32,000 bases of DNA from Candidatus Omnitrophota bacterium (GCA_021735045.1 JAIPHU010000011.1:5466-37465), one strand, 5' to 3'; counted from the first letter of the stretch, positions 17,053-26,030 are shown. Program-made: numbers and translations. Notes: generated by a model not told the origin, from the letters alone.

Positions 17053-17787
17053 ATGATGCAACGTGATGTTCATATGAGCCCAGAGGATCTGCTAGATTCT
17101 CTCCAATTTAGAAAAGGAGATTTTGGTAAAATTGCTTTGGTCAGCGGACAAAAACAAAGAGCTCAGCTATGCTTAAAACATTTGGAAAATCCGGTTAAAA
17201 ATTTTACTTTTTTAGGTTATACTTTTTGGACTGGAAATTATAAAAATAAAAAAGTTACAGTCGGTAACGGAGGGTTTTATGCTCCAGATTCTGCTTTTAT
17301 TACAGAGTTGCTTGCTGTGGGTGGGGTTGATACCCTGATTCGATTAGGTTCTTGCGGAGCTTTAAGAGAAGATATCGGGGTAGGAGATTATATTTTGGTA
17401 GATCAAGCTATCCGGGGTGATGGTGCTACTAAATATTACGTAGATGATGATTTTATCCCAAAAGCAGATAAAACTATTAGCTCAGCTATCAAAGAAATAG
17501 CCTCAGAAAGCTGTCCGGTTCATCAGGGTTCAGTTTGGACTACGGATGCCCTTTTTAAAGAAACAAAAGGCATCGTTAACTCTTATATAGAAAAAGGGGC
17601 TATCGGAGTCGATATGGTAACTTCTCCATTTTTGACTTTAGCTAATCTTTATCAGAAAAAAACAGCAGCTATACTTTCAGTTTCTGATAATTTAATTACC
17701 GGAGAACTGGGGTTTAATAACTATAAATTTTTTGAAAGTCAGTTAAAGATGATAGAAGTAGCATTTAAAACAGTTGATAGTTTATAA
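17053..17787 (+). CDS. PNP_UDP_1 family nucleoside phosphorylase (DeoD/Udp-like)
   Basis: IRLGSCGAL phosphate/ribose loop, a GVDMVTS (EME-like) segment, and a length of about 245 aa. Substrate cannot be assigned by eye. Confidence 0.7.
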   Translation: MMQRDVHMSPEDLLDSLQFRKGDFGKIALVSGQKQRAQLCLKHLENPVKNFTFLGYTFWTGNYKNKKVTVGNGGFYAPDSAFITELLAVGGVDTLIRLGSCGALREDIGVGDYILVDQAIRGDGATKYYVDDDFIPKADKTISSAIKEIASESCPVHQGSVWTTDALFKETKGIVNSYIEKGAIGVDMVTSPFLTLANLYQKKTAAILSVSDNLITGELGFNNYKFFESQLKMIEVAFKTVDSL

Positions 17788-17796
17788 GGAGAGCAG

Positions 17797-18066
17797 ATGG
17801 AAATAAAATGGGATAGTTCAGCTAAGGAAAAGTTTGATAAAGTTATTCAATCTTTACCTCAGTTTCATAGGACAATTGCAGAAAAGTTGGTGCATCAAAA
17901 AGCAGAAGATTTAGCTAGTTGCCGTAAGTCACCGTTGGTAGAAGACCAAGATTTAATTCAGGCTTTCTTTCAGGAAGTTCCACCTGCTTTCTGTGAAATG
18001 ATGAAAAGATTGTTTGATCATCTTAATATTGACTATTCAAAATATATTGAGGAGCAGGATAAATAA
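17797..18066 (+). CDS. Small hypothetical protein, possibly PCP_red (protochlorophyllide reductase C-terminal)-like domain
   Basis: IKWDSSAKEKFDKVIQSLPQFHRTIAEKLVHQKAEDLA resembles the W..eA...l.kiP.F.R pattern of that domain, recalled from memory. GGAG RBS. Tightly coupled to its neighbours. Confidence 0.45.
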   Translation: MEIKWDSSAKEKFDKVIQSLPQFHRTIAEKLVHQKAEDLASCRKSPLVEDQDLIQAFFQEVPPAFCEMMKRLFDHLNIDYSKYIEEQDK

Positions 18067-19073
18067 TGAAGATAGCAGTTTTAGGTTGTGGAGCAATCGG
18101 CGGGTTGTTTTTAGCTCATCTTTCTAAAGAGTCAAAAAATGTTTTTGGAGTAGTTAGAGACTATCAGCTGGATTCTTTAGAAAATGAAGGCCTGATAATT
18201 AAGCAAGAAAATAAGGAAGAAAACGTGAAAGTTAAAGTTTGTACTAGGTTAACAGAGCCCCTAGATTTAGCTATTTTCACCACCAAAACTAATAATTTGG
18301 AAGAAATAATACAAGAAAATATTGATTATCTAAAAGATGCGGTGGTGGTATCGGCTCAAAATGGATTGAGAGCAGATAATATTTTAGCTAAGTTTTTTCC
18401 AACTGAAAAAATTATAACTACTATTGTAATGTTTGGAGCAACTTTTTATCCGCCTAACAGAGTTGTTTCTAACTTCTCTGGGAATCTTATTATGGGAAAT
18501 ATTTTTGGGAAAAAAGTAGTTGACCAAGAAAAGATAAGACAAATTTTAACTAAGTCATTTAATGTAGAAGTTTTAAACAATATAAAAGGAGCTAAATACC
18601 TTAAGCTGTTTATAAATCTTAATAACTGTATTCCGGCTATATTAGGAAAATCAATGCAGGAATCTTTTAGCAGCTTAGAAGTTGCTAAGTTAGCTATTAA
18701 GTTAAACCAAGAAGCTTACCGGCTTATCAGGCAAGTGGGTATCGATTTAGAAAGTTTACCTAATTACCCTAAGGAGAGAATTGAAAGTTTAACTTCAATG
18801 CCGCTTCAAGAAGCTGCTTCTCTTTTTTCAAAAATAATGACCGGTTTAAGTAAAGAACCTTTATATGGCTCTATATTACAAAGTATAAAGAGAGATAAAC
18901 TTTCTGAGATTGACTATATAAATGGTGAAATTGTTAAAGTAGCAGAAAATAATGGTCAACAGGTACCTTTAAATAAAAAGGTAGTTAGCTTAGTCCACCG
19001 TGTTGAGCGAGAAGGGTTTTTATCAGAAAATGAACTCTTATCAGAAATTAAAGGAGTAGAAAATGAAAAATAA
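18066..19073 (+). CDS. Ketopantoate reductase (ApbA/PanE) family NAD(P)-dependent oxidoreductase
   Basis: N-terminal Rossmann motif KIAVLGCGAIGG. The C-terminal ApbA_C-like region carries S.L.D....ESEIDYINGEIV. TAATG overlap with the upstream gene. Confidence 0.75.
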   Translation: MKIAVLGCGAIGGLFLAHLSKESKNVFGVVRDYQLDSLENEGLIIKQENKEENVKVKVCTRLTEPLDLAIFTTKTNNLEEIIQENIDYLKDAVVVSAQNGLRADNILAKFFPTEKIITTIVMFGATFYPPNRVVSNFSGNLIMGNIFGKKVVDQEKIRQILTKSFNVEVLNNIKGAKYLKLFINLNNCIPAILGKSMQESFSSLEVAKLAIKLNQEAYRLIRQVGIDLESLPNYPKERIESLTSMPLQEAASLFSKIMTGLSKEPLYGSILQSIKRDKLSEIDYINGEIVKVAENNGQQVPLNKKVVSLVHRVEREGFLSENELLSEIKGVENEK

Positions 19074-19707
19074 AAATGAAGATTACTTATCAGCTAATTG
19101 TGCTGATATTAAAACTCCCTTTCCAAAACTAAAAGTAACTTGTACTGGGGTTTTTGGTGAGTGTTACCATGGTTATGAAGTGGGTGATGAACTAATTTTA
19201 GGAGATTTTACCCATCCTCCTAAGCATTTTTGCCTTGGGTTGGTTCATTCACTTTTTCCACCTGCCTACGCTTTAAGTTTTGGGGCTAGGTTTCCTTTTA
19301 TGGAGAATCAAAAATCGTTAAAAGTTACTTGTCCTGATGGCGGAAAAGCTGAATTTTTGGTTGAGCTGTTAGATAAAAAAGATAAAGTTCAATTTATTCC
19401 CCAAGACCCTAACCATAAAGGGCCTAATCCGAAAAAAATGGAAGTAGAAGTAGTTAAGGCAAAAGGAAAATGTGCCTATAAATATAAAGTTGGTGACAAA
19501 TGGGACATAGAAGGGCTTAAATGTATCCCCGGGTTTTGTGGAGCAGCTTGGCATACACTTTTTCCGGCGGTTTTTGCCTTAAACTTTGGAGCAAAATTTC
19601 ATTTTATGCAAGACCCTAACTCTATAGATACAGTTACTTGCCCTGATGGCGGCAACATTGTATTTAAGGTAAGAAGAAAAGAAAAAGACGCGAAAGAACG
19701 CGAATAA
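19063..19707 (+). CDS. Tandem-duplicated TIGR04076-family protein (function unknown)
   Basis: Two internal copies of the pattern C..Y.VGD.......P..FC......LFP...AL.FGA.F.FM......V.CPDGG...F.V (residues about 25-105 and 130-210). The last 7 codons (KDAKERE) lie in repeat B1. Confidence 0.6.
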   Translation: MKNKNEDYLSANCADIKTPFPKLKVTCTGVFGECYHGYEVGDELILGDFTHPPKHFCLGLVHSLFPPAYALSFGARFPFMENQKSLKVTCPDGGKAEFLVELLDKKDKVQFIPQDPNHKGPNPKKMEVEVVKAKGKCAYKYKVGDKWDIEGLKCIPGFCGAAWHTLFPAVFALNFGAKFHFMQDPNSIDTVTCPDGGNIVFKVRRKEKDAKERE

Positions 19708-19773
19708 AAAAGATGCGAAAGAGCGCGAATACAATTAGTGTTTATTAGTTAAAAATTAGCGTTTATTCGCGTT
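19684..19773. repeat. Family B intercistronic palindromic element, copy B1
   Basis: Starts with the 22-mer AAAGACGCGAAAGAACGCGAAT (19684..19705). AACGCGAATAAA (19697..19708) is perfectly complementary to TTTATTCGCGTT (19762..19773). The right arm holds tandem AATTAG(T/C)GTTTATT units. Confidence 0.85.
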
Positions 19774-19789
19774 ATAAAGGAAGGTAGAA

Positions 19790-21037
19790 ATGAAAAGAGT
19801 AGTTATAACAGGTGTTGGTGTAATATCAGCTGCAGGCGAAGAAAAGAATGAATTTTATAATAATCTAATTGAAGGTAAGCCGTGCATAGAAAAGGTAGAA
19901 AATTTTGACGTCAGTTTATTTAATTCAAAAGTCGCTTCTCAAGATCTAGATTTTGATCCTAAAAACTTTGGCATAGAAGATGCTTATCGTATGGATCGTT
20001 ATGTTCAGTTTGGCCTTGCTTCTGCAAAACAGGCGGTCAAAGATGCAAAACTAGATTTCTCAGATCTAGATTTAAGAAAATCAGGAGTTATCTTGGCAAA
20101 CGCTATTTGTGGAACCCGGTTTATGGAAGAAGAGTTTCTTCTGGTAACCGATTGGGGCAAAAATCCAATTGATCCCAGAAAGGGAAGGCCTTATCTTTAT
20201 GATGCTGCGATGTTTAATACGCCAAGTGCTGAAATTTCTGCTTTTTTTGGCACCCAGGGGATAAATACAACAATTTCTACTGGTTGTACCGCCGGTACTG
20301 ATTCTTTAGGCTTTGCTTATGAATTAATTAAAGATGGCAGGCAGGATTTAGTTATATCCGGAGCCAGTGAGGCCCCGATTACTCCGGTTACCTTCGGTGC
20401 CTTTGATGTAGTTAATGTTTTAGCTAAAGAGAATGATCAGCCTCATAGATCAAGCCGTCCCTTTGACAATAAACGTAATGGTTTTGTTATTTCTGAAGGA
20501 GCCGGAATCTTAATCATGGAAGAACTCGAGCATGCTAAAAAAAGAGGAGCTCATATCTACGCAGAAGTTAAAGGTTTTGGTACTACTTGTAATGCTTATC
20601 ATATGACTGATCTACCCCCAGATGGGCGCCCGATGGCACTTTCTATGGAACAGGCTTTGTCTGAGGCAGGTATTGATAAAAAAGAAGTAGGTTATATTAA
20701 TGCCCATGGGTCTTCGACTCGCCAAAATGACATTTTTGAAACTGATGCTTACAAAAAAGTTTTTGATAAACTTGCTTATGATATTCCGATCAGCTCAATT
20801 AAATCTATGGTTGGCCATCCTTTGGCAGCTGCAAATGCGGTTGAAAGTGTTTTGTGCTGTATGGTTTTTGAAAAAGGTTACCTTCCTCCTACAATTAATC
20901 AAGAAGAAAAAGACCCAAAGTGTGATCTAAACTATATTCCTAATAAAAAAATGAAACTAATGCCAGAATACATATTAAAGACAAGTAGTGGATTCTCAGG
21001 TATTCATTCAGCTATTGTGTTTAAAAAATGGAAATAG
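19790..21037 (+). CDS. Type II polyketide synthase ketosynthase alpha subunit
   Basis: Cys166 in TISTGCTAGTDS (codon 20285..20287). Catalytic His residues lie in NAYHMTD and INAHGSSTRQND. SIKSMVGH is present. The TRQND motif resembles what I recall for act-type KS-alpha rather than FabF (HGTSTPxGD). Confidence 0.88.
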   Translation: MKRVVITGVGVISAAGEEKNEFYNNLIEGKPCIEKVENFDVSLFNSKVASQDLDFDPKNFGIEDAYRMDRYVQFGLASAKQAVKDAKLDFSDLDLRKSGVILANAICGTRFMEEEFLLVTDWGKNPIDPRKGRPYLYDAAMFNTPSAEISAFFGTQGINTTISTGCTAGTDSLGFAYELIKDGRQDLVISGASEAPITPVTFGAFDVVNVLAKENDQPHRSSRPFDNKRNGFVISEGAGILIMEELEHAKKRGAHIYAEVKGFGTTCNAYHMTDLPPDGRPMALSMEQALSEAGIDKKEVGYINAHGSSTRQNDIFETDAYKKVFDKLAYDIPISSIKSMVGHPLAAANAVESVLCCMVFEKGYLPPTINQEEKDPKCDLNYIPNKKMKLMPEYILKTSSGFSGIHSAIVFKKWK

Positions 21038-21040
21038 ATA

Positions 21041-21126
21041 AAAGACGCGAAAGAACGCGAATATGATACAAATGAACGCGAACATAATTAGTGTTTTTTC
21101 GTTAAAAATTAGCGTTTATTCGCGTT
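21041..21126. repeat. Family B element, copy B2
   Basis: The identical 22-mer lies at 21041..21062. The right arm AATTAGTGTTTTTTCGTTAAAAATTAGCGTTTATTCGCGTT lies at 21086..21126. Confidence 0.85.
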
Positions 21127-21146
21127 ATAAATAAGGAGTTTTATAA

Positions 21147-22385
21147 ATGAAAGAGAAAGTTGCCATAACAGGTTTAGGGGTTGTTTCTCCTTGTGGCCTA
21201 AAGAAAGAAACTTTTTGGGCTAATTTAAAAAAAGAAGAATCATTTATAGAAGAAATCAAAAGGTTTGATTCAAAAAATTATCCTTCACATATTGCTGGTC
21301 AGGTGAGTCAACTTGATTATTATACCCATCTTTCTAAAAGGTTAACAAAAAAAATTGATATTTTTTCCCATATGGCACTTGTCTCTTCAGAAGAGGCGAT
21401 AGTAGATTCAAAAATGAACCTAGATGATATCGACAAAGAAAGAGTTGGAGTATTTATGGGCAATGCCTTAGGCGGATGGTTGTTTGCTGAAACTGAATTA
21501 AGGGATATGTATATTGAAGGCAGAGACGGTATCTCTCCTTATATGGCATCAGCTTGGTTTCCGGCTGCACCTCAAGGCCAGATTACAATTTACTATGGAT
21601 TTAAAGGATATAGTAAAACCACAGTTTCTGATAAGGCATCATCTGCTTTGGCTTTATGGTATGGGGCAAAAACAATTAAAGAAAAAAAGAATGACTATGT
21701 ATTAGCCGGAGGAATGGAGGCACCGATTACCCCCTATGCCTTGTTATCTGCTAATTGCCGGGGTGATTTGTCAAAAAATAATAGCCGTCCCCAAGAAGCT
21801 TATAAGCCTTATGATTTGTATCGAGACGGGCTGGTATTAGCAGAAGGTTCGGGTACAGTTGTCTTAGAAAGTCAAAATCAAGCAAGAAAAAGAAAAGCTC
21901 CGATTTATGGTTATATAGAAGGTATCGGTTTTTCTTCGGATGGGTATCATTATGCAAGGTACCGGCCTACCCCAGAAAATCTAGAGTATGCTATAAAAGA
22001 ATGCTTAAAAGATGCTGGTTGGCAAAAAGAGGATGTTGATTATATCTGCTTAGATGCAGAGTCTACTGAAATGGGAGATTACCTTGAAACCCAAGCTTTA
22101 AAGAATGTATTTGGAGAAAAAATTAAAAACATAGCTTTAAGTGCGCCTAAAAGCATGTATGGAAATCTATTGGGAGCTCAAACCGCATTAGACTTAATTA
22201 CTACTTTATTTTCGATGCAAAACTGTATTGTGCTTCCTACTATAAACTATTCGATGCAAGACCCATACTGTGACCTAGACTATACACCTAATAAGTCAGT
22301 GGAAAAAGAGATAGATAAGGCACTGATTATTTCCAGAGGCAGGGGAGGAATAAATATAGTATTAGCAATAGAAAAAGCGGAGTGA
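21147..22385 (+). CDS. Type II PKS ketosynthase beta subunit / chain-length-factor-like, lacking the catalytic Cys
   Basis: Paralogous to the upstream KS (MEAPITP, LVLAEGSG, PKSMYGN). The Cys position aligns with K163 in TVSDKASS (codon 21633..21635). The second His is replaced (ICLDAESTE versus INAHGSST). Confidence 0.85.
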   Translation: MKEKVAITGLGVVSPCGLKKETFWANLKKEESFIEEIKRFDSKNYPSHIAGQVSQLDYYTHLSKRLTKKIDIFSHMALVSSEEAIVDSKMNLDDIDKERVGVFMGNALGGWLFAETELRDMYIEGRDGISPYMASAWFPAAPQGQITIYYGFKGYSKTTVSDKASSALALWYGAKTIKEKKNDYVLAGGMEAPITPYALLSANCRGDLSKNNSRPQEAYKPYDLYRDGLVLAEGSGTVVLESQNQARKRKAPIYGYIEGIGFSSDGYHYARYRPTPENLEYAIKECLKDAGWQKEDVDYICLDAESTEMGDYLETQALKNVFGEKIKNIALSAPKSMYGNLLGAQTALDLITTLFSMQNCIVLPTINYSMQDPYCDLDYTPNKSVEKEIDKALIISRGRGGINIVLAIEKAE

Positions 22386-22480
22386 GCAAAGCGAACGGAG
22401 TTCTGAGCGATCAAGCGGTGAGCGCAGTCCTGAGCTTGTCGAAGGACGAAGTCGAACCACGCAGGGAGTCGAAGGAGATA
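22383..22480. repeat. GC-rich non-palindromic word-repeat island between KS-beta and ACP
   Basis: About 56% G+C by hand count over 22381..22480, within AT-rich surroundings. TGAGC occurs at 22383, 22404, 22419 and 22431. GTCGAA occurs at 22438, 22451 and 22468 (GTCGAAGGA twice). Confidence 0.6.
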
Positions 22481-22504
22481 AAAAATAAATTATAAGGAGG
22501 CAAA

Positions 22505-22744
22505 ATGGATTTAAAAGAAGAAGTAATAAAAGTAATTGCAGAAACCCTAGAAGTAGGCAAAGAAGAAGTTGTTGATGGAAAGAATTTATATGAATCAATT
22601 GGTGTTGATTCAACAGAAATGGTAGAAGTTTGTGTGGCTTTAGGAAAACATTTCGACACAAAAATCCAAGCCAGTGAAGTTAACAAAGATTCAACTCCCG
22701 AGGATATAGTAAGAATAGTTAAACAAAAAAAAGAAAATAATTGA
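22505..22744 (+). CDS. Acyl carrier protein
   Basis: 79 aa, acidic, with the phosphopantetheine serine motif GVDSTEMVE. AAGGAGG RBS. Confidence 0.88.
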   Translation: MDLKEEVIKVIAETLEVGKEEVVDGKNLYESIGVDSTEMVEVCVALGKHFDTKIQASEVNKDSTPEDIVRIVKQKKENN

Positions 22745-22749
22745 TAACT

Positions 22750-23556
22750 ATGAATTTAATAGATTTAAGTTTACCAATCGACGATCAAGCCTTCGAGGTT
22801 CATCCTTTAAGGATAGAACGCACTTCACATAAAGAAGGTATAGCAAAGATAAATAAGGTAATAATGTCTCGAACTCCTGAAGGCAAAAAAAATTATCAAG
22901 CTGGTGAAAGGATAATAAAAAAAGAACAATTGCCAGGAGGAGAATTTTTGTCACTGGAGATGGTTTATTCGTCAGTCCATAGCGGAACTCATATGGATTA
23001 TTCTTTTCATTATGGCAGCAGCTCCGAAGGCAGGCCTTCTAAAACTGCTGATGAAATTCCTTTAGAGTTATGTTACAAAGACGGGGTAAAATTAGACTTA
23101 ACTCATAAGAAAAAAGAAGAAGTAATTAGCGCCGAGGATATAAAGAAAGGTTTAGAAAAAATAAATTACACTTTAAAGCCCTTAGACATAGTTTTGCTTT
23201 ATACCGGATCTGACAAACTATTTGGCAAACCGGAATATTTTTCTGATTATCCAGGCCTGGATATATCAGCAATAGATTATCTACTTGATTGCGGTATAAA
23301 AGTATTTGGAGTTGATACTATGGGAATTGATAGGCCCTATAAATTTATGATCAAAGATTTTTTAGAAAAAGGGGATCCTAAATTTTTGTGGCCGGCTCAT
23401 TTTCATGGAAGAACCAGAGAATTTATTCATATTGAAAGGCTTGCTAATTTAGAAAATTTACCTGATTATGGATTTAAACTTATTTGTTTTCCAGTTAGAA
23501 TCAGAAAAACTGGTGCTGCTTGGTCAAGGGCCGTTGGAGTAATTGGTGACAAGTAA
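22750..23556 (+). CDS. Cyclase family protein (PF04199 / kynurenine-formamidase-like fold)
   Basis: HSGTHMDYSFH metal-binding motif and a later GVDTMGID segment. I start it at ATG 22750. The TTG at 22741 overlaps the ACP stop. Confidence 0.78.
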   Translation: MNLIDLSLPIDDQAFEVHPLRIERTSHKEGIAKINKVIMSRTPEGKKNYQAGERIIKKEQLPGGEFLSLEMVYSSVHSGTHMDYSFHYGSSSEGRPSKTADEIPLELCYKDGVKLDLTHKKKEEVISAEDIKKGLEKINYTLKPLDIVLLYTGSDKLFGKPEYFSDYPGLDISAIDYLLDCGIKVFGVDTMGIDRPYKFMIKDFLEKGDPKFLWPAHFHGRTREFIHIERLANLENLPDYGFKLICFPVRIRKTGAAWSRAVGVIGDK

Positions 23557-23582
23557 TTAATTAAACAAAAAGGAGGTTTACT

Positions 23583-24014
23583 ATGGCACATACTGTAAAT
23601 TCAATTGTAATTGATGCACCTTACGATAAGGTTTTTGAAATCAGTAATGATATTTCTCGTTGGAAGGATTTGTTTGACGAATATACCGAATCTGAAGTTT
23701 TAGAAAAAGAAGCAAATAAGATTATTTTTCAGCTTACTCATCAAAATGGCAATAGTTGGAAGTCATACCGGCTTTTGTTTAAAGAAAATAAATTTGCTTA
23801 TGCAGAAAAGCTAGATCCAAAGTTTCCTTTTGAATATATGAAGATAATCTGGCTTTACCGCCAACTTCCAAACGGGGTTGAGATGACATGGATTCAAGAT
23901 TTTACTATGGATAAAAATGCTAAGTTTGATGATCCAAAAGCTGAAGAGATTATAAATCAACACTCGCAGAAGAACTTAAAGAATTTTAAACAACAAATAG
24001 AAAATGAAAAATAA
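23583..24014 (+). CDS. SRPBCC-fold polyketide aromatase/cyclase (TcmN/WhiE-VI-like)
   Basis: 143 aa. I.APYDKVFEISNDISRWKDLF ... W.SYRLLF ... PFEYMKIIW ... GVEMTWIQDFTMD matches the ARO/CYC pattern as I recall it. AAGGAGG RBS. Confidence 0.72.
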   Translation: MAHTVNSIVIDAPYDKVFEISNDISRWKDLFDEYTESEVLEKEANKIIFQLTHQNGNSWKSYRLLFKENKFAYAEKLDPKFPFEYMKIIWLYRQLPNGVEMTWIQDFTMDKNAKFDDPKAEEIINQHSQKNLKNFKQQIENEK

Positions 24015-24017
24015 AAA

Positions 24018-25169
24018 ATGTTAAAAACACACAGACGCACTTTTTTCTTTTTAGCTAGCTTGGCTTTTATCCTTTCTTTTAGTGTACAAGCTACAGCAGC
24101 GCTTCTGCCTACTTTAGCAGAATATTTCAATCAAAGTCCGGTTGCAACAGGTAAGTTAATTTGGATTTATATGCTTCCCTACGGACTATGTGCTTTAATT
24201 TGGAGTCCGTTAAGCAGGCAGTTTTCGAATAAAAGGATTCTGCTTTCTTGTCTGGCGCTTTTTTCTCTGTCTGCTTTGGCAGTGACTTTTTCTTTTAATC
24301 TATTAGCTGCTTTTTTAGGCCGGTTGGGTATGGGTATATTTGGCTCGGCACTGGTACCTTTAAGTTTAATTACGATTGGTAAAGAGTGTAATAGTAAAGA
24401 GCGTCCTAAACATGTTGGTTTATTTTTTTCAGTTGGTTTTAGTTCAGGGCTCATAGGAGTTTTTTTAAGTGGGATTTTACCTTGGAGGTTTATCTACGGA
24501 ATTCCTGCCTGTCTAGGGATAGTAGCTTTATTTTTTGGCATAAGGTATCTAGATAGCTATGATTATCGGGGTAAGTTTAAAATTAGCTACCTGGCTACGT
24601 TTAAAGACAAAAGTGCCTTAAAACTATTTTCTTTTATCTTTGTTTTAAGTTTTTTCTACCATAGTATTCATCAATGGTTAGGGGTCTACTTAGCTCAAGA
24701 ATATTCTTTTAGTCAATTTTTAGTAAGTTTAACTTTAACTATTTCAGCAATAGCTGCAATTTTTTCTGAAAGTATTGGCGGTTTTTTATCAGCTCGGTTT
24801 GGTTCCTCTAATATTGCTTCATTAGGGCTTTTGAGTATGGTTTTATTTTTATTTTTTACTTTAATTGTCGGATTGCCTCAGGCAATATTTTTTCTTATTA
24901 TTTTTTGGGGTATGGGTTGGGCTTTTAACCATGTCGGTTTATCGTCATATTTAACTGGGCTTCCCGATAAATATTTGCGTGATGCATCCAGTCTAAATAG
25001 CTCTTTAAGGTTTATCTCTGGAGGCTTAGGGACTTATTTTGGCGGAAAGATTATCTCTAAGATAGGGTTTTCGATCCATTTTATAACTGTAGGAGTTTTA
25101 CTTTTGGTAGTAGCAGTTTTAATTAAAAAAACTTTAATAGTTAATAACGCGAATGAACGCGAATTATAG
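24018..25169 (+). CDS. MFS transporter
   Basis: About 12 hydrophobic segments. A GRLGMGIFG-type loop motif follows TM2-3. The last codons (NANEREL) lie in repeat B3. Confidence 0.8.
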   Translation: MLKTHRRTFFFLASLAFILSFSVQATAALLPTLAEYFNQSPVATGKLIWIYMLPYGLCALIWSPLSRQFSNKRILLSCLALFSLSALAVTFSFNLLAAFLGRLGMGIFGSALVPLSLITIGKECNSKERPKHVGLFFSVGFSSGLIGVFLSGILPWRFIYGIPACLGIVALFFGIRYLDSYDYRGKFKISYLATFKDKSALKLFSFIFVLSFFYHSIHQWLGVYLAQEYSFSQFLVSLTLTISAIAAIFSESIGGFLSARFGSSNIASLGLLSMVLFLFFTLIVGLPQAIFFLIIFWGMGWAFNHVGLSSYLTGLPDKYLRDASSLNSSLRFISGGLGTYFGGKIISKIGFSIHFITVGVLLLVVAVLIKKTLIVNNANEREL

Positions 25170-25231
25170 ACGCGAATGAACGCTAATATTATTAGCGTTT
25201 ATTTGTTATAAATTAGTGTTTTTTCGCGTTT
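25146..25231. repeat. Family B element, copy B3 (variant)
   Basis: AACGCGAATGAACGCGAAT...GACGCGAATGAACGCTAAT | ATTAGCGTTTATTTG...AATTAGTGTTTTTTCGCGTT. The central palindrome is AACGCTAATATTATTAGCGTT. Confidence 0.8.
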
Positions 25232-25247
25232 AAAAGAGGAGGTTAAG

Positions 25248-26030
25248 ATGGGTAATTTAGAAGATAAAGTTGCAATTGTAACTGGTGCTACAGGAGGTAT
25301 TGGTAAAGATATAGTTAAAGGACTAGTTGATAAAAAAATAAAACTTATATTGGCTGGGCGCAATCAAGAAAAATTAAAATCCTTAGAAGAAGAATTTTCG
25401 AAAATTTCTGAAATTATTACAGTTAGCTGTGATGTTACCAAAAGAAAGGATTTAGAAAATTTAATTAATAAAGCCAAAGAAAAATTTGGCAAGATTGATT
25501 TTTTAATTAATGGGGCTGGAGTATCAAGCCAGCATCCTTTTTGGAATCAGCCTATAGAAGATATAGAAAAAATTATCTGGACCAACTATTATAGTTATGT
25601 AATGTTATCAAGAATGGTTGTGCCAATTATGAAAGAAAATAATTTTGGCCATATTGTAAATATTACATCTGGATCTGTGATGGTAGATCCGCCGCCAAGA
25701 AATTTTATTGTTTACACTTCTTTAAAGGTGGCATTACGCAGCTTTGCTAAGGGTCTTTTTTGGGAGATGCGTGATTTTGGGATAAAGGTTACATCCATTT
25801 TTCCTGGGGTAACCCGGACTCCTTTAACCGGTAAGTTAAAGAATATAGCTGAAAATAGGCTTATAGAACCAAAAGCAGTAGCTGATACAGTAGTGTTTGC
25901 CTTGGCTCAGCCATTAAATGTTTGCCCCATTGAACTTGCTGTAATAAATCAACAAACACCTTGGACAAAACCGGTTATTCCGTTTAAACAAGATCACCCG
26001 AAAGACGCGAAAGAACGCGAATGTAATTAG
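25248..26030 (+). CDS. Short-chain dehydrogenase/reductase (probable polyketide ketoreductase)
   Basis: TGATGGIG cofactor motif, NGAG, and the catalytic YTSLK (YxxxK). The C-terminal PKDAKERECN is encoded by repeat B4. Confidence 0.85.
   Translation: MGNLEDKVAIVTGATGGIGKDIVKGLVDKKIKLILAGRNQEKLKSLEEEFSKISEIITVSCDVTKRKDLENLINKAKEKFGKIDFLINGAGVSSQHPFWNQPIEDIEKIIWTNYYSYVMLSRMVVPIMKENNFGHIVNITSGSVMVDPPPRNFIVYTSLKVALRSFAKGLFWEMRDFGIKVTSIFPGVTRTPLTGKLKNIAENRLIEPKAVADTVVFALAQPLNVCPIELAVINQQTPWTKPVIPFKQDHPKDAKERECN

Noticed and set aside
19733-19779. Internal promoters within family B elements (TTAAAA-18-TATAAA-like matches just upstream of each RBS).
   Set aside because: Such weak matches are expected by chance in DNA this AT-rich. 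There is no independent support, so I mention them only as something transcript mapping could test.
22383-22476. Possible stop-codon read-through or TGA recoding after KS-beta, suggested by several in-frame TGA codons in the GC-rich island.
   Set aside because: TGA clearly terminates many well-defined genes here (gatA, gatB, tsaD, ACP, radical SAM, amidohydrolase), with downstream genes starting at ATGA overlaps. The read-through peptide would also be low-complexity.
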